Shown here: positions 9,743 through 19,681 of the stretch, piece after piece
Layout: each line of letters opens with the position of its first letter
Position numbering within the stretch: position 1 is the stretch's first letter
From: an uncultured delta proteobacterium
Lineage (GTDB): Bacteria > Myxococcota_A > Polyangia > Polyangiales > Polyangiaceae
NCBI GenBank assembly: GCA_963716725.1
Contig: CAVQUB010000013.1
Coordinates: 1 to 64,000, forward strand
Reading direction: 5' to 3'
Length of the DNA: 64,000 bases
Translations under genes and position numbers: made by a program
The notes under the pieces: model-generated
What the model saw: the letters and a program-made list of their open reading frames with translations, nothing else
The model's database searches: none
What the model was told of the DNA's origin: nothing

Positions 9743-10861
9743 ATGCTCAGTTCACGCTACTTTCTTGCCTTGGTGATCGCGCTGGGCGCGGCGGGCGCCG
9801 CCGGCGCCTGCTCTTCGAGCACGACCAATGAGAGCCCCTCGGCCACTGGCGGCACTGGAGGTGCCACGGATGGTGGCAAGAACTGCGTGACGGCCAGCGA
9901 CTGCGACGACGGCAACAGCTGCAATGGCAACGAAGAGTGCAGCGGGGGCTCGTGCACCGCGGGCACCTCGCTCGCCGAAGGGACGAGTTGCACGCCGGGC
10001 GGAGTGGCCGCCGAGAGCTCGGGCGTCACGTACCAGTGCGGCAAAGGCGAGTGCTTGCTGACCTGCAAAGAGGACGCCGACTGTGACGACTCCAACGTCT
10101 GCACCGGAGCCGAGACCTGCGGCCCAAACAAGACCTGCCAGAGCGGCACGCCGCTGAGCTGCGACGACGGTTCGATTTGCACCAACGACGAGTGCGACCC
10201 CGAGGGCGGGTGCTTCTATCCGCTCATCGACAACGACAACGATGGGCAAGCGGACAAGAAGCTCCTCGGCTGTGGCACCGACTGCAATGACGACGACGCC
10301 AGCGTGTACGAGGGCGCGCCGGACCCTTGTAACGACAAAGTCGACAGCAACTGCAACGGCAAGATCGACGACGCGGCGCCGGTCTGGTACGCGGATTGCG
10401 ACAAAGACGGATTCGCGCCGGCGGCGGCCACCACGCTGGCGCAGTGCGAAAAACCCTTGGCAGGTCCCAGCACCTGCACCTCGGGGGGGTGGACCGGCGT
10501 GGCGCCGGCGGCGGGCACGACCGACTGCGCCGATAAAGAACCGGTCGCACACCCGTACACGGCCACTGCCAATGGTACCGCGTGGCGCACGACTCCCATC
10601 CCAGGCGCAACCACGAAGGTAGACTTCGACTACAACTGCGACGGGAACGAAGAGAAGCGTTACTCGACCAAGGCAGTGCTGGCGGCCTCCCTATGCGGGC
10701 TCAAAGGGTCGGGGCAGTACTACACCTGCTCCGGGAACTCCGGCTGGACCGGCGCCGTCGTACCGGAATGCGGAGAGAAAGCGGAGTTCTCGAAGTGCGG
10801 GAAGTCGGGGCTATCCAGCTGCACGCGGGTAAAAGGGCAGCAGGCGCAGGAGTGCCGCTGA
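9743..10861 (+). CDS. Cys-rich lipoprotein with CDDG/DCND (MopE-like metal-binding) repeats
   Basis: Lipobox AGAC; CDDGNSCNGNEEC, DCNDDDASVYEGA, DSNCNGKIDD, WYADCDKDGF, DYNCDG. Confidence 0.8.
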   Translation: MLSSRYFLALVIALGAAGAAGACSSSTTNESPSATGGTGGATDGGKNCVTASDCDDGNSCNGNEECSGGSCTAGTSLAEGTSCTPGGVAAESSGVTYQCGKGECLLTCKEDADCDDSNVCTGAETCGPNKTCQSGTPLSCDDGSICTNDECDPEGGCFYPLIDNDNDGQADKKLLGCGTDCNDDDASVYEGAPDPCNDKVDSNCNGKIDDAAPVWYADCDKDGFAPAAATTLAQCEKPLAGPSTCTSGGWTGVAPAAGTTDCADKEPVAHPYTATANGTAWRTTPIPGATTKVDFDYNCDGNEEKRYSTKAVLAASLCGLKGSGQYYTCSGNSGWTGAVVPECGEKAEFSKCGKSGLSSCTRVKGQQAQECR

Positions 10862-10884
10862 GGCAAGAATGACAGCGGCGTCCC

Positions 10885-12741
10885 TCACTCCGGCGCCGCC
10901 CCACCGTCCGGCTCCGGGCACTTCTCGCCGGTGTGGCCGGGTTCGCCCTGCGGCACCTTGCAGGGGTGCACGACGATGCGACGCGTGCGCGGCTTGTACA
11001 CGACCTTCCGCTTCTCTTCCTTCTTGGTGCCGTCTGACAGTTGAACCTCGCGGGTGACGAACACAGTCCAGCCGATCTGGCCGGCCTCCATGGTCTTGTC
11101 CTTCTCGTGGGACTGGGTCAGATCCGGGATGTACTCGATGGGCGCCTTGACCAAGCTCTGCTGGGGCGAGACCTTGAAGCGCACCTTTCGACCCGCGGCG
11201 TCGCCGAAGATCTTCACCGTGATGTGATCGCCCGAGTACTCGGTCCAGATCAGAGCGCCAGCCTCCGTGTCGTTCTTGAACGCCACGTCGGGCTTTGGCC
11301 ACGACAAGGTCGCGTCCCGGCCCATGGGGTAGCGCGCGAACCAATAGCTATGGGGCGCCCGCTCCAAGATGTCGTACCCGCCGAGGAACAACGCGTTGAA
11401 CAGCGTGGTGGCGAACTGACTCACGCCGCCGCCGAGCGAGTCCACCATCTCGCCCTCTTCGATGGTGGGCGCGGCCTTGAAGCCGTTCTTGGCCGTGCGA
11501 GGTCCCACCAGCGCGTTCACGCTGAAGCTCTCGCCGGGTTTCACCACCTGACCGCGGAGCAGATCCGCGATGCGATGGATGTTCTCGACCCGCGGCTGGC
11601 AGCAGGGGTGGTGCGTGGTGTACTGGCCCACCAGTTTGGTGATCTTCAGCGCCTCGAGCGCTTCCGTCGTCACCGCCGGGGCAGCGCCCTTTTCCAAGGG
11701 CAGCGGCGCGCTGCGGGTCGCCGACCCCGAGGCCTCGAGCAGCGCTGCCGCGACCGTCTCGGCGCGCAGCACGGCGCCGGATCTGCCCGGCTCGACGCGA
11801 ATGCGATCGCGCTCTTCGACGACGAAGCGCGCGTCCTGGGGAGGCGCCTCGAGCTTCTCTCGGAGCGGAGCCAGCTTCTCCTCGATTGCGGCGACGTCGA
11901 ACTCAAGGGCAACGCGCGGCTCGCGCGGGGTTGGCTCGCGACTGCGGAGGGCGCGTGAGACGTCATCCTTCTCGAGGCGAAACTCGAGGCCCGCGTCGCC
12001 TGCCAGCACCAGCGCGCCACTCACGATTCCCGACGCTCGCTTCACCGCTGCGTCCACCGCACCGGAAACGGTGAACGGCTCGCGGGCCGCGAGGGGGATC
12101 GTGACAGCGACACGAGGCCACGCCCCGAGCCCGCGAGCAATGGCGTCAGCTGCGGCGTCCCGATCGACGACTCTGCCCTGGCGCGGAGGGTCGGCGGCGA
12201 CAGCGCCGGCCTCGATGCGTACGCCGCCACCGAAGGGCAGGTCGACGTGGCTCCGCTCCCAGTCGTCGATGATCGGCGGCAGCAGCCCCGGATCGATCTC
12301 GGTCACCGGGACCACCGCCGCTGGGGATGCGAATCGCGACAGCCAGTAGCGGAAGTCGGACCAGATCCCGCCGCCCTTTCCCGAAGTGACCGCGCGCTGC
12401 GCCGTGCCAACCGCGTCCAAGCGGAACGCGAGTCTTTCGGGCGCGAGCTCAACCTTCGCATCACGCACCTGCACGACGAGGGCCTCGGCCTTCAGCTTCT
12501 GCTCCAGCGCCCGCGCAACCTCCTCGATTTCCCCCACGTTCATGCCGCCCACGGCGCGTTCCGCGAGCCAGGTGTTGCGCAGTGCCCGTCCGGAGTGGCG
12601 CGCTCGATCGATGCCGTGAGCGATCACGATCAGCAGCGGCAGCAAAAGCGCAAACAAGGCGAGGGTACGCTTTCGCCTTCGAGCCTTCGGTCGCTCGGCT
12701 GCTTCACCCTCGATCCCGTCCTTCGATTCGTTCGGCACCAC
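10885..12741 (-). CDS. VanW family protein with peptidoglycan-binding-like region
   Basis: N-terminal TM helix; PGESFSVN, GGGVSQFATTLFNA, ERAPHS, GRDAT, FKNDT. Confidence 0.9.
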   Translation of the reverse strand: MVPNESKDGIEGEAAERPKARRRKRTLALFALLLPLLIVIAHGIDRARHSGRALRNTWLAERAVGGMNVGEIEEVARALEQKLKAEALVVQVRDAKVELAPERLAFRLDAVGTAQRAVTSGKGGGIWSDFRYWLSRFASPAAVVPVTEIDPGLLPPIIDDWERSHVDLPFGGGVRIEAGAVAADPPRQGRVVDRDAAADAIARGLGAWPRVAVTIPLAAREPFTVSGAVDAAVKRASGIVSGALVLAGDAGLEFRLEKDDVSRALRSREPTPREPRVALEFDVAAIEEKLAPLREKLEAPPQDARFVVEERDRIRVEPGRSGAVLRAETVAAALLEASGSATRSAPLPLEKGAAPAVTTEALEALKITKLVGQYTTHHPCCQPRVENIHRIADLLRGQVVKPGESFSVNALVGPRTAKNGFKAAPTIEEGEMVDSLGGGVSQFATTLFNALFLGGYDILERAPHSYWFARYPMGRDATLSWPKPDVAFKNDTEAGALIWTEYSGDHITVKIFGDAAGRKVRFKVSPQQSLVKAPIEYIPDLTQSHEKDKTMEAGQIGWTVFVTREVQLSDGTKKEEKRKVVYKPRTRRIVVHPCKVPQGEPGHTGEKCPEPDGGAAPE

Positions 12742-12856
12742 GCGTCAAGTCTCCGAGATGCGCACGGAATCTCTGCCAGGCACGGGTCGAAGACAAGCGG
12801 CAGTCTGGCAAATTTGGGGTTGCGTGCCCGGTCCGCGTGCTAGAACGAAGCACATC

Positions 12857-13438
12857 GTGTGGGTCCGTAGCTCAGCCATCCGCCCCGTCCCGTCCTACGC
12901 GCGGGTGTCGAGTCACGCCCTCGACGCCGTGCGCGAGAGCTTGGCAGATGACGACGCGGCGGCCCGCGAGCAGCTGGACGCCGCCTTCGAACGCTTTGAG
13001 CGACATCAGCCCGCGCTGGCAGCGCGAGTCGCCGAGACCCTGGGCAAGCCCTTGGATGAGACCGCCCTTGGGCTCGGCTATTTCCTGGCTCTGGCGGTGT
13101 GGCTCGCCTTCGAGCGGGTCCACGGAGAGCACGTGGCCGAGATCGCCGAAGACGAGATCCTCGCGACCGAAGAGCTGCTCTCGTTGGACGAAGAGCTTCG
13201 GCGCGCCGATCCGGCGGAAGCCCTCGACAGCGACGACGTCATCGGCATGGAGCAGCCTGATCTAGTCGAGTTCGTGCACGAGCACGTCGACGCGACGCTC
13301 GAGGCCAACGCCGACGAGGTGGACGTGGACGACGTGCACCTCGTCTACCGGGCGGTCCTCATCGAAATCCTGGCGCTTTCCTACGCGGTCCAGCGTCCGA
13401 GCGGCTACCCCGTCGCAAAGACCGAGCTTCTGGCGTAA
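12857..13438 (+). CDS. acidic hypothetical protein
   Basis: Coherent high-GC3 ORF, helical and acidic; start uncertain. Confidence 0.7.
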   Translation: MWVRSSAIRPVPSYARVSSHALDAVRESLADDDAAAREQLDAAFERFERHQPALAARVAETLGKPLDETALGLGYFLALAVWLAFERVHGEHVAEIAEDEILATEELLSLDEELRRADPAEALDSDDVIGMEQPDLVEFVHEHVDATLEANADEVDVDDVHLVYRAVLIEILALSYAVQRPSGYPVAKTELLA

Positions 13439-13482
13439 CCTTCCGACCGCGAGCGCGCCCCCTCCGCTCGCACGGAGTCGAG

Positions 13483-14575
13483 ATGCGTGCTCATCGTGCC
13501 AGCTTTCTCTCATTGATTGCCACCCCCATCGCGATCCTCGTCGGCTGCGGCGGCGTGACCGACATCGATTTCCTCGGACCCGACGCCAGCGCCGGGGGCT
13601 CGGGCGGCACGGGTAACACCGGCGGCAACACCGGCGGCTCCGCCGGAGTCGCTGGCACGGGCAACACCGGCAACACCGGCGGTACGGGCAACACCGGCAA
13701 CACCGGCGGTACCGGCAACACCGGCAACACCGGCGGCACGGGCAACACCGGCGGCACCGGTCCGGTGGTGTGCGGCGGCAAGGTCTGTCCTCCGCCCAGC
13801 GTGCCCATCGGGCAGGTCGACTCGTGTTGCGTCGGTGACAAGTGCGGCATCAGCTCGAGCCTCATCGGGGGCTCCTGCGTCGAACTCGGCCAGGTCGGAA
13901 AGCTCGACCCGACCTGTCCCCCACAGTCGATTCAAGGCTTCACCCTTCAGGGGTGCTGCAAGCCCACCGGCTGGTGCGGCGTGATGGACACTTTCCTCAA
14001 CGCGGGCTGCGTCGATCCGACCCAGTTCGGAGTCGGAACCCCGACCAAGTGCGGCGGAGGCGGAACCGGCGGAACTGGCGGAACTGGCGGAACCGGCGGA
14101 ACCGGCGGAACTGGCGGAACCGGCGGAACTGGCGGAACTGGCGGAACTGGCGGCATTGTCGATGCCGGCGTCGGCGGGACCGGTGGAGCCTCGGCCGACG
14201 GCGGGATCCCGGGCGAGGTCTACTGCGACCAGTCGCCTTCAACCTTGATCTGCAGCCCGAGCCAGAACTGCTGCCTGTTGAACCCGGGCTCGGAGTACTG
14301 CACGAACAAGGGAACGGCCTGCGCGTGCACCGGCACCAACTGCGACGCGACGACGGTCAGCTGCGACGGACCGGAAGACTGCAGCGGCGGCCAAGTGTGC
14401 TGCGGCACGTTCTCACAGCAAGCCAACGCTTACACCTCGCTGCAGTGCAAGACCACCTGCGGCGGCCAGTGGGAACGCGAGATTCTGCAAGCCGAACGGC
14501 GGCAAGTGCTCGAACGGTTCGCAGAGTTGCTCGGCGTCGAGCTTCTTGCCGAACCACATCTGGCGCTGCAACTGA
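13483..14575 (+). CDS. Gly/Thr- and Cys-rich lipoprotein; probable 1-nt insertion near 14483
   Basis: Lipobox LVGC, GGTGNT/GGT linkers, CDGPEDC motif; the +1 frame continues CKPNGGKCSNGSQSCSASSFLPNHIWRCN* to 14575. Confidence 0.75.
13603..13760 (+). repeat. coding tandem repeats (GGT/GNT units)
   Basis: Repeated ggcaacacc/ggcggcacg 9-mers. Confidence 0.85.
14059..14148 (+). repeat. 9-bp tandem repeat GGCGGAACY x10 (Gly-Gly-Thr)
   Basis: Directly visible in sequence. Confidence 0.95.
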
Positions 14576-14582
14576 CGCGAGC

Positions 14583-15791
14583 CTAGAACCCCAGCGCGTA
14601 CGCCGCGCCCGTACGCTCGGACGCGAGGGGCGCGCCGACGACCAAGCGTTTGTCGGAAAGCGCCACTGCGTAGCCGAACCAGTCCTCGTTCTTGCCGTCA
14701 GCAGCGGTCACCGTGCGCTCGAGCTTCCACTGGCCCTCGGCCTTTCGGTAGAGCAGGACCCGACCGGCGTCGACCAGGTAAAATCCGATGGCCAGGCGCT
14801 CGTCCGTCAGGGCCAGCGCCGCAGTGGCCAGCCCCGTGGTCACGGGTGGCGTGAGGCGCTGAGCCTCCTTCCACTCGCCGCCGCTCTCGCTGAATACCGA
14901 AACTTGTTTCTCACTTGTGACGGCGAGGGTCGTCTTGGATACGGCGACTGAGCTGCCGAAGTGCTGGCCCTCCCCGGCGCCGGGCTCGCTGAGCTCCGCA
15001 GGCTGCGACAGTCCGCCCTTGTCCTTGTCGCGCCGATACACAAACACGAGCCCCTGCTCCGAGAGCTTTCCCACGTTGGGCGCTCCCACCACGACGAAGT
15101 CACTGCTTGCGGCGATGAGCTCCGCGGGTCCGTTCTGATGCGGGAACGCGACGGACTTCTTGGCGACGAACCCAGCCTTGCCGCGCTCGTGCAGGTAGAG
15201 CGAGCCGCCTGCCTCACGGCTGTTGCATACGATGGCGACACCACCCGAGACCGCCACGCCGATTCCGAAGGCATCGTCTCGCTTCGAATCCGCGGCGGCG
15301 AGCTTCTGGCCCTTGGACCAACCCGAGGCTTCGCGCGAAAACACGTAGGCGGCGCCGGTCTCTGGCGCCTTGCCTTTGTCGTAAAGCGCGCCGGTCAGGA
15401 TCACGCTGCCGTCGAAGGCGAGCGCGTTGCCGAGTTGGTGCGACCCGTCGACGGTGAGTTCGGCTTCCGGCTCCAGCTTTCCGGGGCCCGCTTTGAATAC
15501 GAATACAGCGCCGGGACGGCCGTCGTCGCTCTTGCCCTTGCGCTTGAACGCTGTCACGACCACGCGCTCGTCGACGGTGGCCACGCCGTACCCGAATTCG
15601 TCTCCGACTCCCACGGCCGCTTCGAGTCGAACCACGCCCGCGCTGTGGTTGCGCTCAGGGGGTGCTTCGGCGCTCGTCGCTGGCGCGGCCACGCTCGGGT
15701 TCGCGGTGGTGGCCGGCGGAGCTGGGGCCGGATCCTTCTTGCAACCCAGCAACACCAGTGCAGCCCCGACCCAGACGGTGCCCTGCCTCAT
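14583..15791 (-). CDS. FG-GAP repeat (integrin-alpha-like beta-propeller) lipoprotein
   Basis: Lipobox LLGC; FGYGVA, FGIGVAVSG, FGSSVAVS, FGYAVALS...VVGAP...GAAY repeats. Confidence 0.9.
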   Translation of the reverse strand: MRQGTVWVGAALVLLGCKKDPAPAPPATTANPSVAAPATSAEAPPERNHSAGVVRLEAAVGVGDEFGYGVATVDERVVVTAFKRKGKSDDGRPGAVFVFKAGPGKLEPEAELTVDGSHQLGNALAFDGSVILTGALYDKGKAPETGAAYVFSREASGWSKGQKLAAADSKRDDAFGIGVAVSGGVAIVCNSREAGGSLYLHERGKAGFVAKKSVAFPHQNGPAELIAASSDFVVVGAPNVGKLSEQGLVFVYRRDKDKGGLSQPAELSEPGAGEGQHFGSSVAVSKTTLAVTSEKQVSVFSESGGEWKEAQRLTPPVTTGLATAALALTDERLAIGFYLVDAGRVLLYRKAEGQWKLERTVTAADGKNEDWFGYAVALSDKRLVVGAPLASERTGAAYALGF

Positions 15792-15795
15792 CCGC

Positions 15796-16287
15796 TCAGC
15801 TCTCCGCCGCTTGCCCCGCGCGCTGCGCGCGCGCCTCGGCCATACGCTCGTCGATGATACGCCGGAGCGCGCCGAGATCGTAGCGCAGTGGACGGATGTC
15901 CTCTGACTGGTGAGCAACCTCGCGCATGATCGCGTCGGCATGCTCGCGCGGTTTGTCAGGGATGCCGAGCGCGTCGCCGAGCTTCTTCAACACGGCGACC
16001 TCGTCGTCGCTCACCTTGCCATCCAGCCAGGTCATCCAAGACGCAACGGCATAGACGAAGAGCTTGTCCTCTTTCGACATTCCGCGCCGATCAATCTCAC
16101 CGATGTCCACCGGGAATTTGGTCGCCTTCTCGATCTCGGCGATCTCGGCGAGCCCGAGGCCCTCGTCGGTCGCGGTCCGAACGATGGCATCCGCTTCATC
16201 CCGATCCAGCGAGCCGTCCGCCCAACCGACGGCGGCCAACGCGATGTACACATCCAGACTGAGCGCGTTTTTGCTTGGTTCCGTCAT
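15796..16287 (-). CDS. TerB-like domain protein
   Basis: Two (W)ADG/(W)LDG..EV/EA motifs typical of the TerB fold. Confidence 0.75.
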   Translation of the reverse strand: MTEPSKNALSLDVYIALAAVGWADGSLDRDEADAIVRTATDEGLGLAEIAEIEKATKFPVDIGEIDRRGMSKEDKLFVYAVASWMTWLDGKVSDDEVAVLKKLGDALGIPDKPREHADAIMREVAHQSEDIRPLRYDLGALRRIIDERMAEARAQRAGQAAES

Positions 16288-16392
16288 CGGCTCCCTCCGA
16301 AAACAGCCTTCTAACATGGGGCGGCCCCGGTTCGGCACCCGACCGGATTCCTGCCACCGCCACCGGAAACTGCCCTAACATCCGCGCTGCTC

Positions 16393-17961
16393 ATGGCGCC
16401 TCCCCCCTCGGCCCGGATCTTCCGCGCGACCCTGACCGCGTGCTTGCTCGTCGCCCCGCTGTGCTTCGCGGGCAAGGCGGACGACCAGGCCAAGAAGAGC
16501 ATCACGGAGGCAATGGAGGAGGACTACCTCGCGACGAACATGACCACGGCGGTGGCCAAGCTGAGGTCCGCACTCAGCACCTGCGAGAAGAGCGGCTGCT
16601 CCAAGCCGACGCTGGGCGCCATCTACGGCGCGCTCGGCACTGTATACGCCGCGGGGCTCTCGGCGGAAGAGGAGGCCGTCGCGGCGTTCAAGAAGATGCT
16701 CGACGCGGATCCAAAGGCCAAGCCGCAGGCCGCCTACATCACGGCCGAGGTGCAGAAGGCCTTCGACCGCGCGAAGGCTCAAGCGAAGGGCGGCGGCGAA
16801 GCGCCCCCGTCGGGCGGAGGCAGCGTCGGCGTCCTCGAGGAGCGTCCGTGGAGTCAGCAGGCGACCTTCCACCCGGTTCCGGTCTTCGTGGAGGCGCCGG
16901 CTGGCGTGAAGGTCTCGCGGGTCGTCGTGCGCTACAAGGGCCCCGCGGACGACGACTGGCGCGAACTCGCGATCGCGAAACACAAGAACGGCTACGGTGG
17001 GTTCATCCCCTGCGCTGCCGTCGAGAAGAAGGGCGAGCTCGTCTACTACGTGACCGCCTTCGACTCGAACCTCGATCGCGTGGCGAGCGCAGGCTCCGCG
17101 GACGAACCGCGCAAGGTCAAGCTCACGTCAGCCATCAGCGGCCGACAGCCCTCGCTGCCGGGCGGCGTGCCGCCCGAAGCCTGCCCGCGCCCGGTTCAGG
17201 GCCTCTCCTGCGAGACCAACGACGACTGTCCCGGGGCCAAGACCTGCGTTCAGCTGTCCTGCGTCGACGAGTCGAGCCTCGAAAAACCCGAGGCCGAGGA
17301 GAAGCCGGACACGACGCCGCGCAAACGCAACTGGCTCTCCCTCGCCTTCTCTCCGGACCTCACCGTGCTGTCCAACGTGTCCGACGCTTGCAGTGCAGCC
17401 GCTCAACAAGACGAGACGATGTCCTGCTTCTTCAAGGGCGACGTGCAGTACACGGGCACTCCGGTCCAAGGCAACGGCAACACCATGAAGGGCGGGGTGG
17501 GGCTCGGGTCGATGCGCGTCCTCGCCGGCTATGATCGCCTGATTGGTACCAGCGTCACCCTGGGCACGCGCCTCGGCTTTGCCTTCAACGGAGCCCCGAA
17601 GGGCAACGGCGGCAAGACCTTCATCCCAGTCCACGCCGAGGCCCGGGGAGCCTATTGGCTCGGAAGCGACCCCTTCGCCCGGGCTGGCGTTCGTCCCTAT
17701 GTCGTGGCGAACGCGGGCCTCGCCGACACCACCGCAAAGCTCTCGACCGAGGTGCTCGAGGACAATGGCTCCGGCGGGTTCAGCAAGTTCAAGCTGGAAG
17801 TCTACAAGACCGCCGGCCCGTATTTCGCTGGTGCTGGCATCGGTGTGCAGTACGCGGTCTCGCCGGAGGCGGCGATGGTGATCGAGGTGGCCGGTCGCGC
17901 GCTCTTCCCGGATTTCGCCCCCGTGATTGCGCCGTCCTTGGGATTCGCCTACGGCCTCTGA
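16393..17961 (+). CDS. secreted/outer-membrane protein (TPR-like N-terminus, beta-barrel-like C-terminus)
   Basis: Signal peptide, helical N-terminus, alternating beta strands, ends in LGFAYGL. Confidence 0.7.
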   Translation: MAPPPSARIFRATLTACLLVAPLCFAGKADDQAKKSITEAMEEDYLATNMTTAVAKLRSALSTCEKSGCSKPTLGAIYGALGTVYAAGLSAEEEAVAAFKKMLDADPKAKPQAAYITAEVQKAFDRAKAQAKGGGEAPPSGGGSVGVLEERPWSQQATFHPVPVFVEAPAGVKVSRVVVRYKGPADDDWRELAIAKHKNGYGGFIPCAAVEKKGELVYYVTAFDSNLDRVASAGSADEPRKVKLTSAISGRQPSLPGGVPPEACPRPVQGLSCETNDDCPGAKTCVQLSCVDESSLEKPEAEEKPDTTPRKRNWLSLAFSPDLTVLSNVSDACSAAAQQDETMSCFFKGDVQYTGTPVQGNGNTMKGGVGLGSMRVLAGYDRLIGTSVTLGTRLGFAFNGAPKGNGGKTFIPVHAEARGAYWLGSDPFARAGVRPYVVANAGLADTTAKLSTEVLEDNGSGGFSKFKLEVYKTAGPYFAGAGIGVQYAVSPEAAMVIEVAGRALFPDFAPVIAPSLGFAYGL

Positions 17962-18486
17962 ATGCTCCTCAGCGCCGACGCCAGCCTGCGCTTTCCGCGG
18001 CCAATGGTCTTCGCCGCCTACCGCGATCACCTGCCGGATCTCGCGGACTTCCTGCCGAACATCCGCCGCATCGAACTCAAGAAGCGGGATGACCGGGGCG
18101 CGCGCGCACAGCTCTTGAACGAGTGGCACGGCGGCGGCGAGATCCCGGCCGCGGCCCGGGCGTTCTTGAGCGAGAACATGCTGAGCTGGTCGGATCACGC
18201 CAGCTGGGATCAAGACGAATGGACCTGCGACTGGCGCATCGAGACTCACGCCTTCACGGAGGCGGTGCGCTGCGCCGGCAAGAACCGCTTCGTGGAAGCC
18301 GAAGGCGGCACGCGCCTCGAGATCCGGGGTGAGCTCAGCATCGACGGCTCCAAGCTCAAGGGGGTCCCCGGGCTGCTGTCGAAGAGAGTCGCCGCCGCAG
18401 TCGAGGACTTGCTGGTGAAGAAGATCACGCCCAACCTGGTCAGCGTGAGCGACGGTCTGAGTCAGTACCTGGAGCAGCAGGGATGA
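17962..18486 (+). CDS. START/SRPBCC-like (DUF2505-like) protein
   Basis: Length and helix-grip pattern (GGTRLEIRGEL, long C-terminal helix). Confidence 0.65.
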   Translation: MLLSADASLRFPRPMVFAAYRDHLPDLADFLPNIRRIELKKRDDRGARAQLLNEWHGGGEIPAAARAFLSENMLSWSDHASWDQDEWTCDWRIETHAFTEAVRCAGKNRFVEAEGGTRLEIRGELSIDGSKLKGVPGLLSKRVAAAVEDLLVKKITPNLVSVSDGLSQYLEQQG

Positions 18487-18734
18487 CCCGAGTTCGTGTG
18501 CTCTATTTCGCCGGCGTGCGCGATCTGCTCGGCATCGTGGAAGAGGAGCTGGATCTGCCTCCCGAGATCGTCAATCTCGCGGGTTTCATCCGCTTCTTGG
18601 TCGAGGCCCACCCCGCCCTCGATGGCCGCCTGGGCGGGGTCCGCTTCGCGATCAACGAGACCTTCGCTGACGCTTCCGACCCCCTCGGCGCGGGCGACGT
18701 CCTGGCGGTGATCCCGCCTGTGGCCGGCGGCTGA
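18483..18734 (+). CDS. moaD: molybdopterin converting factor small subunit (MoaD/ThiS)
   Basis: VRVLYFAGVRD...FAINE...GDVLAVIPPVAGG C-terminus. Confidence 0.9.
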   Translation: MTRVRVLYFAGVRDLLGIVEEELDLPPEIVNLAGFIRFLVEAHPALDGRLGGVRFAINETFADASDPLGAGDVLAVIPPVAGG

Positions 18735-18754
18735 CCGAGCTACACTCCCGCCCC

Positions 18755-19681
18755 GTGTCCGCCAGCTTCCGGATCGGCGCCGACGAAAACGGGCTGGGGT
18801 CGCGCCTCGGCCCCATGGTGGTCACGGCGGTGCTCGCTCGCGTCGACGAGCGCGGCGCTCGGCTGCTCGCGCGGAAGCTCCCGGCGAAGCTCGCCGACAT
18901 GATCGGCGACAGTAAGCAACGGGTTTCTCACGACAACGTCGCGCTGGGCGAAGCCTGGGCGCGCGCCCTGGTGGATCCCGAGTTCGCGTCACCCGCCGAG
19001 GTGTTCGGGGGGCTGTCGCTCGAAGGAGTGGAACGACTGCGCGCCCCCTGCCCCGACCACGTGCGCGCGCAGTGTTGGTCCATCGCGGGCGAGTCCTTCG
19101 GCGCGGATCCCGGCCTCGTGAGCGCTGCCACGCGCGCCCGGGCCGAGCTGTGTCGGCGCGGGGTCGAGGTGCTCGCGGTCAAGAGCAGCGTGATCTGCAC
19201 CGAGCGCTTGAACGCAGCACGCGCCGCCGGCAAGAACCGCTTCGTGACGGACCTGCACGCGATGGAGTCGCTGATCCTCGCCCACCGCGCGCAGGTCGAC
19301 TCCGACGTGGTCGCGATCTGCGGCAAGGTCGGCGGCATGGGTGCATATTCGCGATTCTTCGGGCCGCTCGGCGGTCGGCTGCACCTGGTCCTCGACCAGC
19401 GCCGCGAACGCAGCGCTTACCGTTTTCCGGGAGTGGGTGAGCTGCATTTCGTCCGCGACGCCGACGCGAGCGATCCACTGGTGATGCTCGCGTCGTTGGT
19501 CGGCAAATGGGTGCGGGAGCTGCTGATGGCCCGCGTGGGCCGCTGGTACGAGGGCGCCGGCCTCCCGAGCGGGTACCACGATCCCGTGACGGCTCGCTTC
19601 GTCGAAGCCACGGCGCTTCAGCGCAAGGACCGCCGCGTCCCCGACACCTGCTTCGAACGTTTCAGGGCCCGCAGTGACTGA
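18755..19681 (+). CDS. ribonuclease HII-like protein (divergent)
   Basis: IGADENGLG..LGPMVV, GDSK, DAD...LASLVGK..RE, SGYHDP. Confidence 0.75.
   Translation: MSASFRIGADENGLGSRLGPMVVTAVLARVDERGARLLARKLPAKLADMIGDSKQRVSHDNVALGEAWARALVDPEFASPAEVFGGLSLEGVERLRAPCPDHVRAQCWSIAGESFGADPGLVSAATRARAELCRRGVEVLAVKSSVICTERLNAARAAGKNRFVTDLHAMESLILAHRAQVDSDVVAICGKVGGMGAYSRFFGPLGGRLHLVLDQRRERSAYRFPGVGELHFVRDADASDPLVMLASLVGKWVRELLMARVGRWYEGAGLPSGYHDPVTARFVEATALQRKDRRVPDTCFERFRARSD

Noticed and set aside
14059..14148. Short repeat tracts (also 62761-62814, ~41366-41398, ~51755-51830) as CRISPR or guide arrays
   Set aside because: Head-to-tail codon-phase repeats inside CDSs with no spacers; no cas genes.
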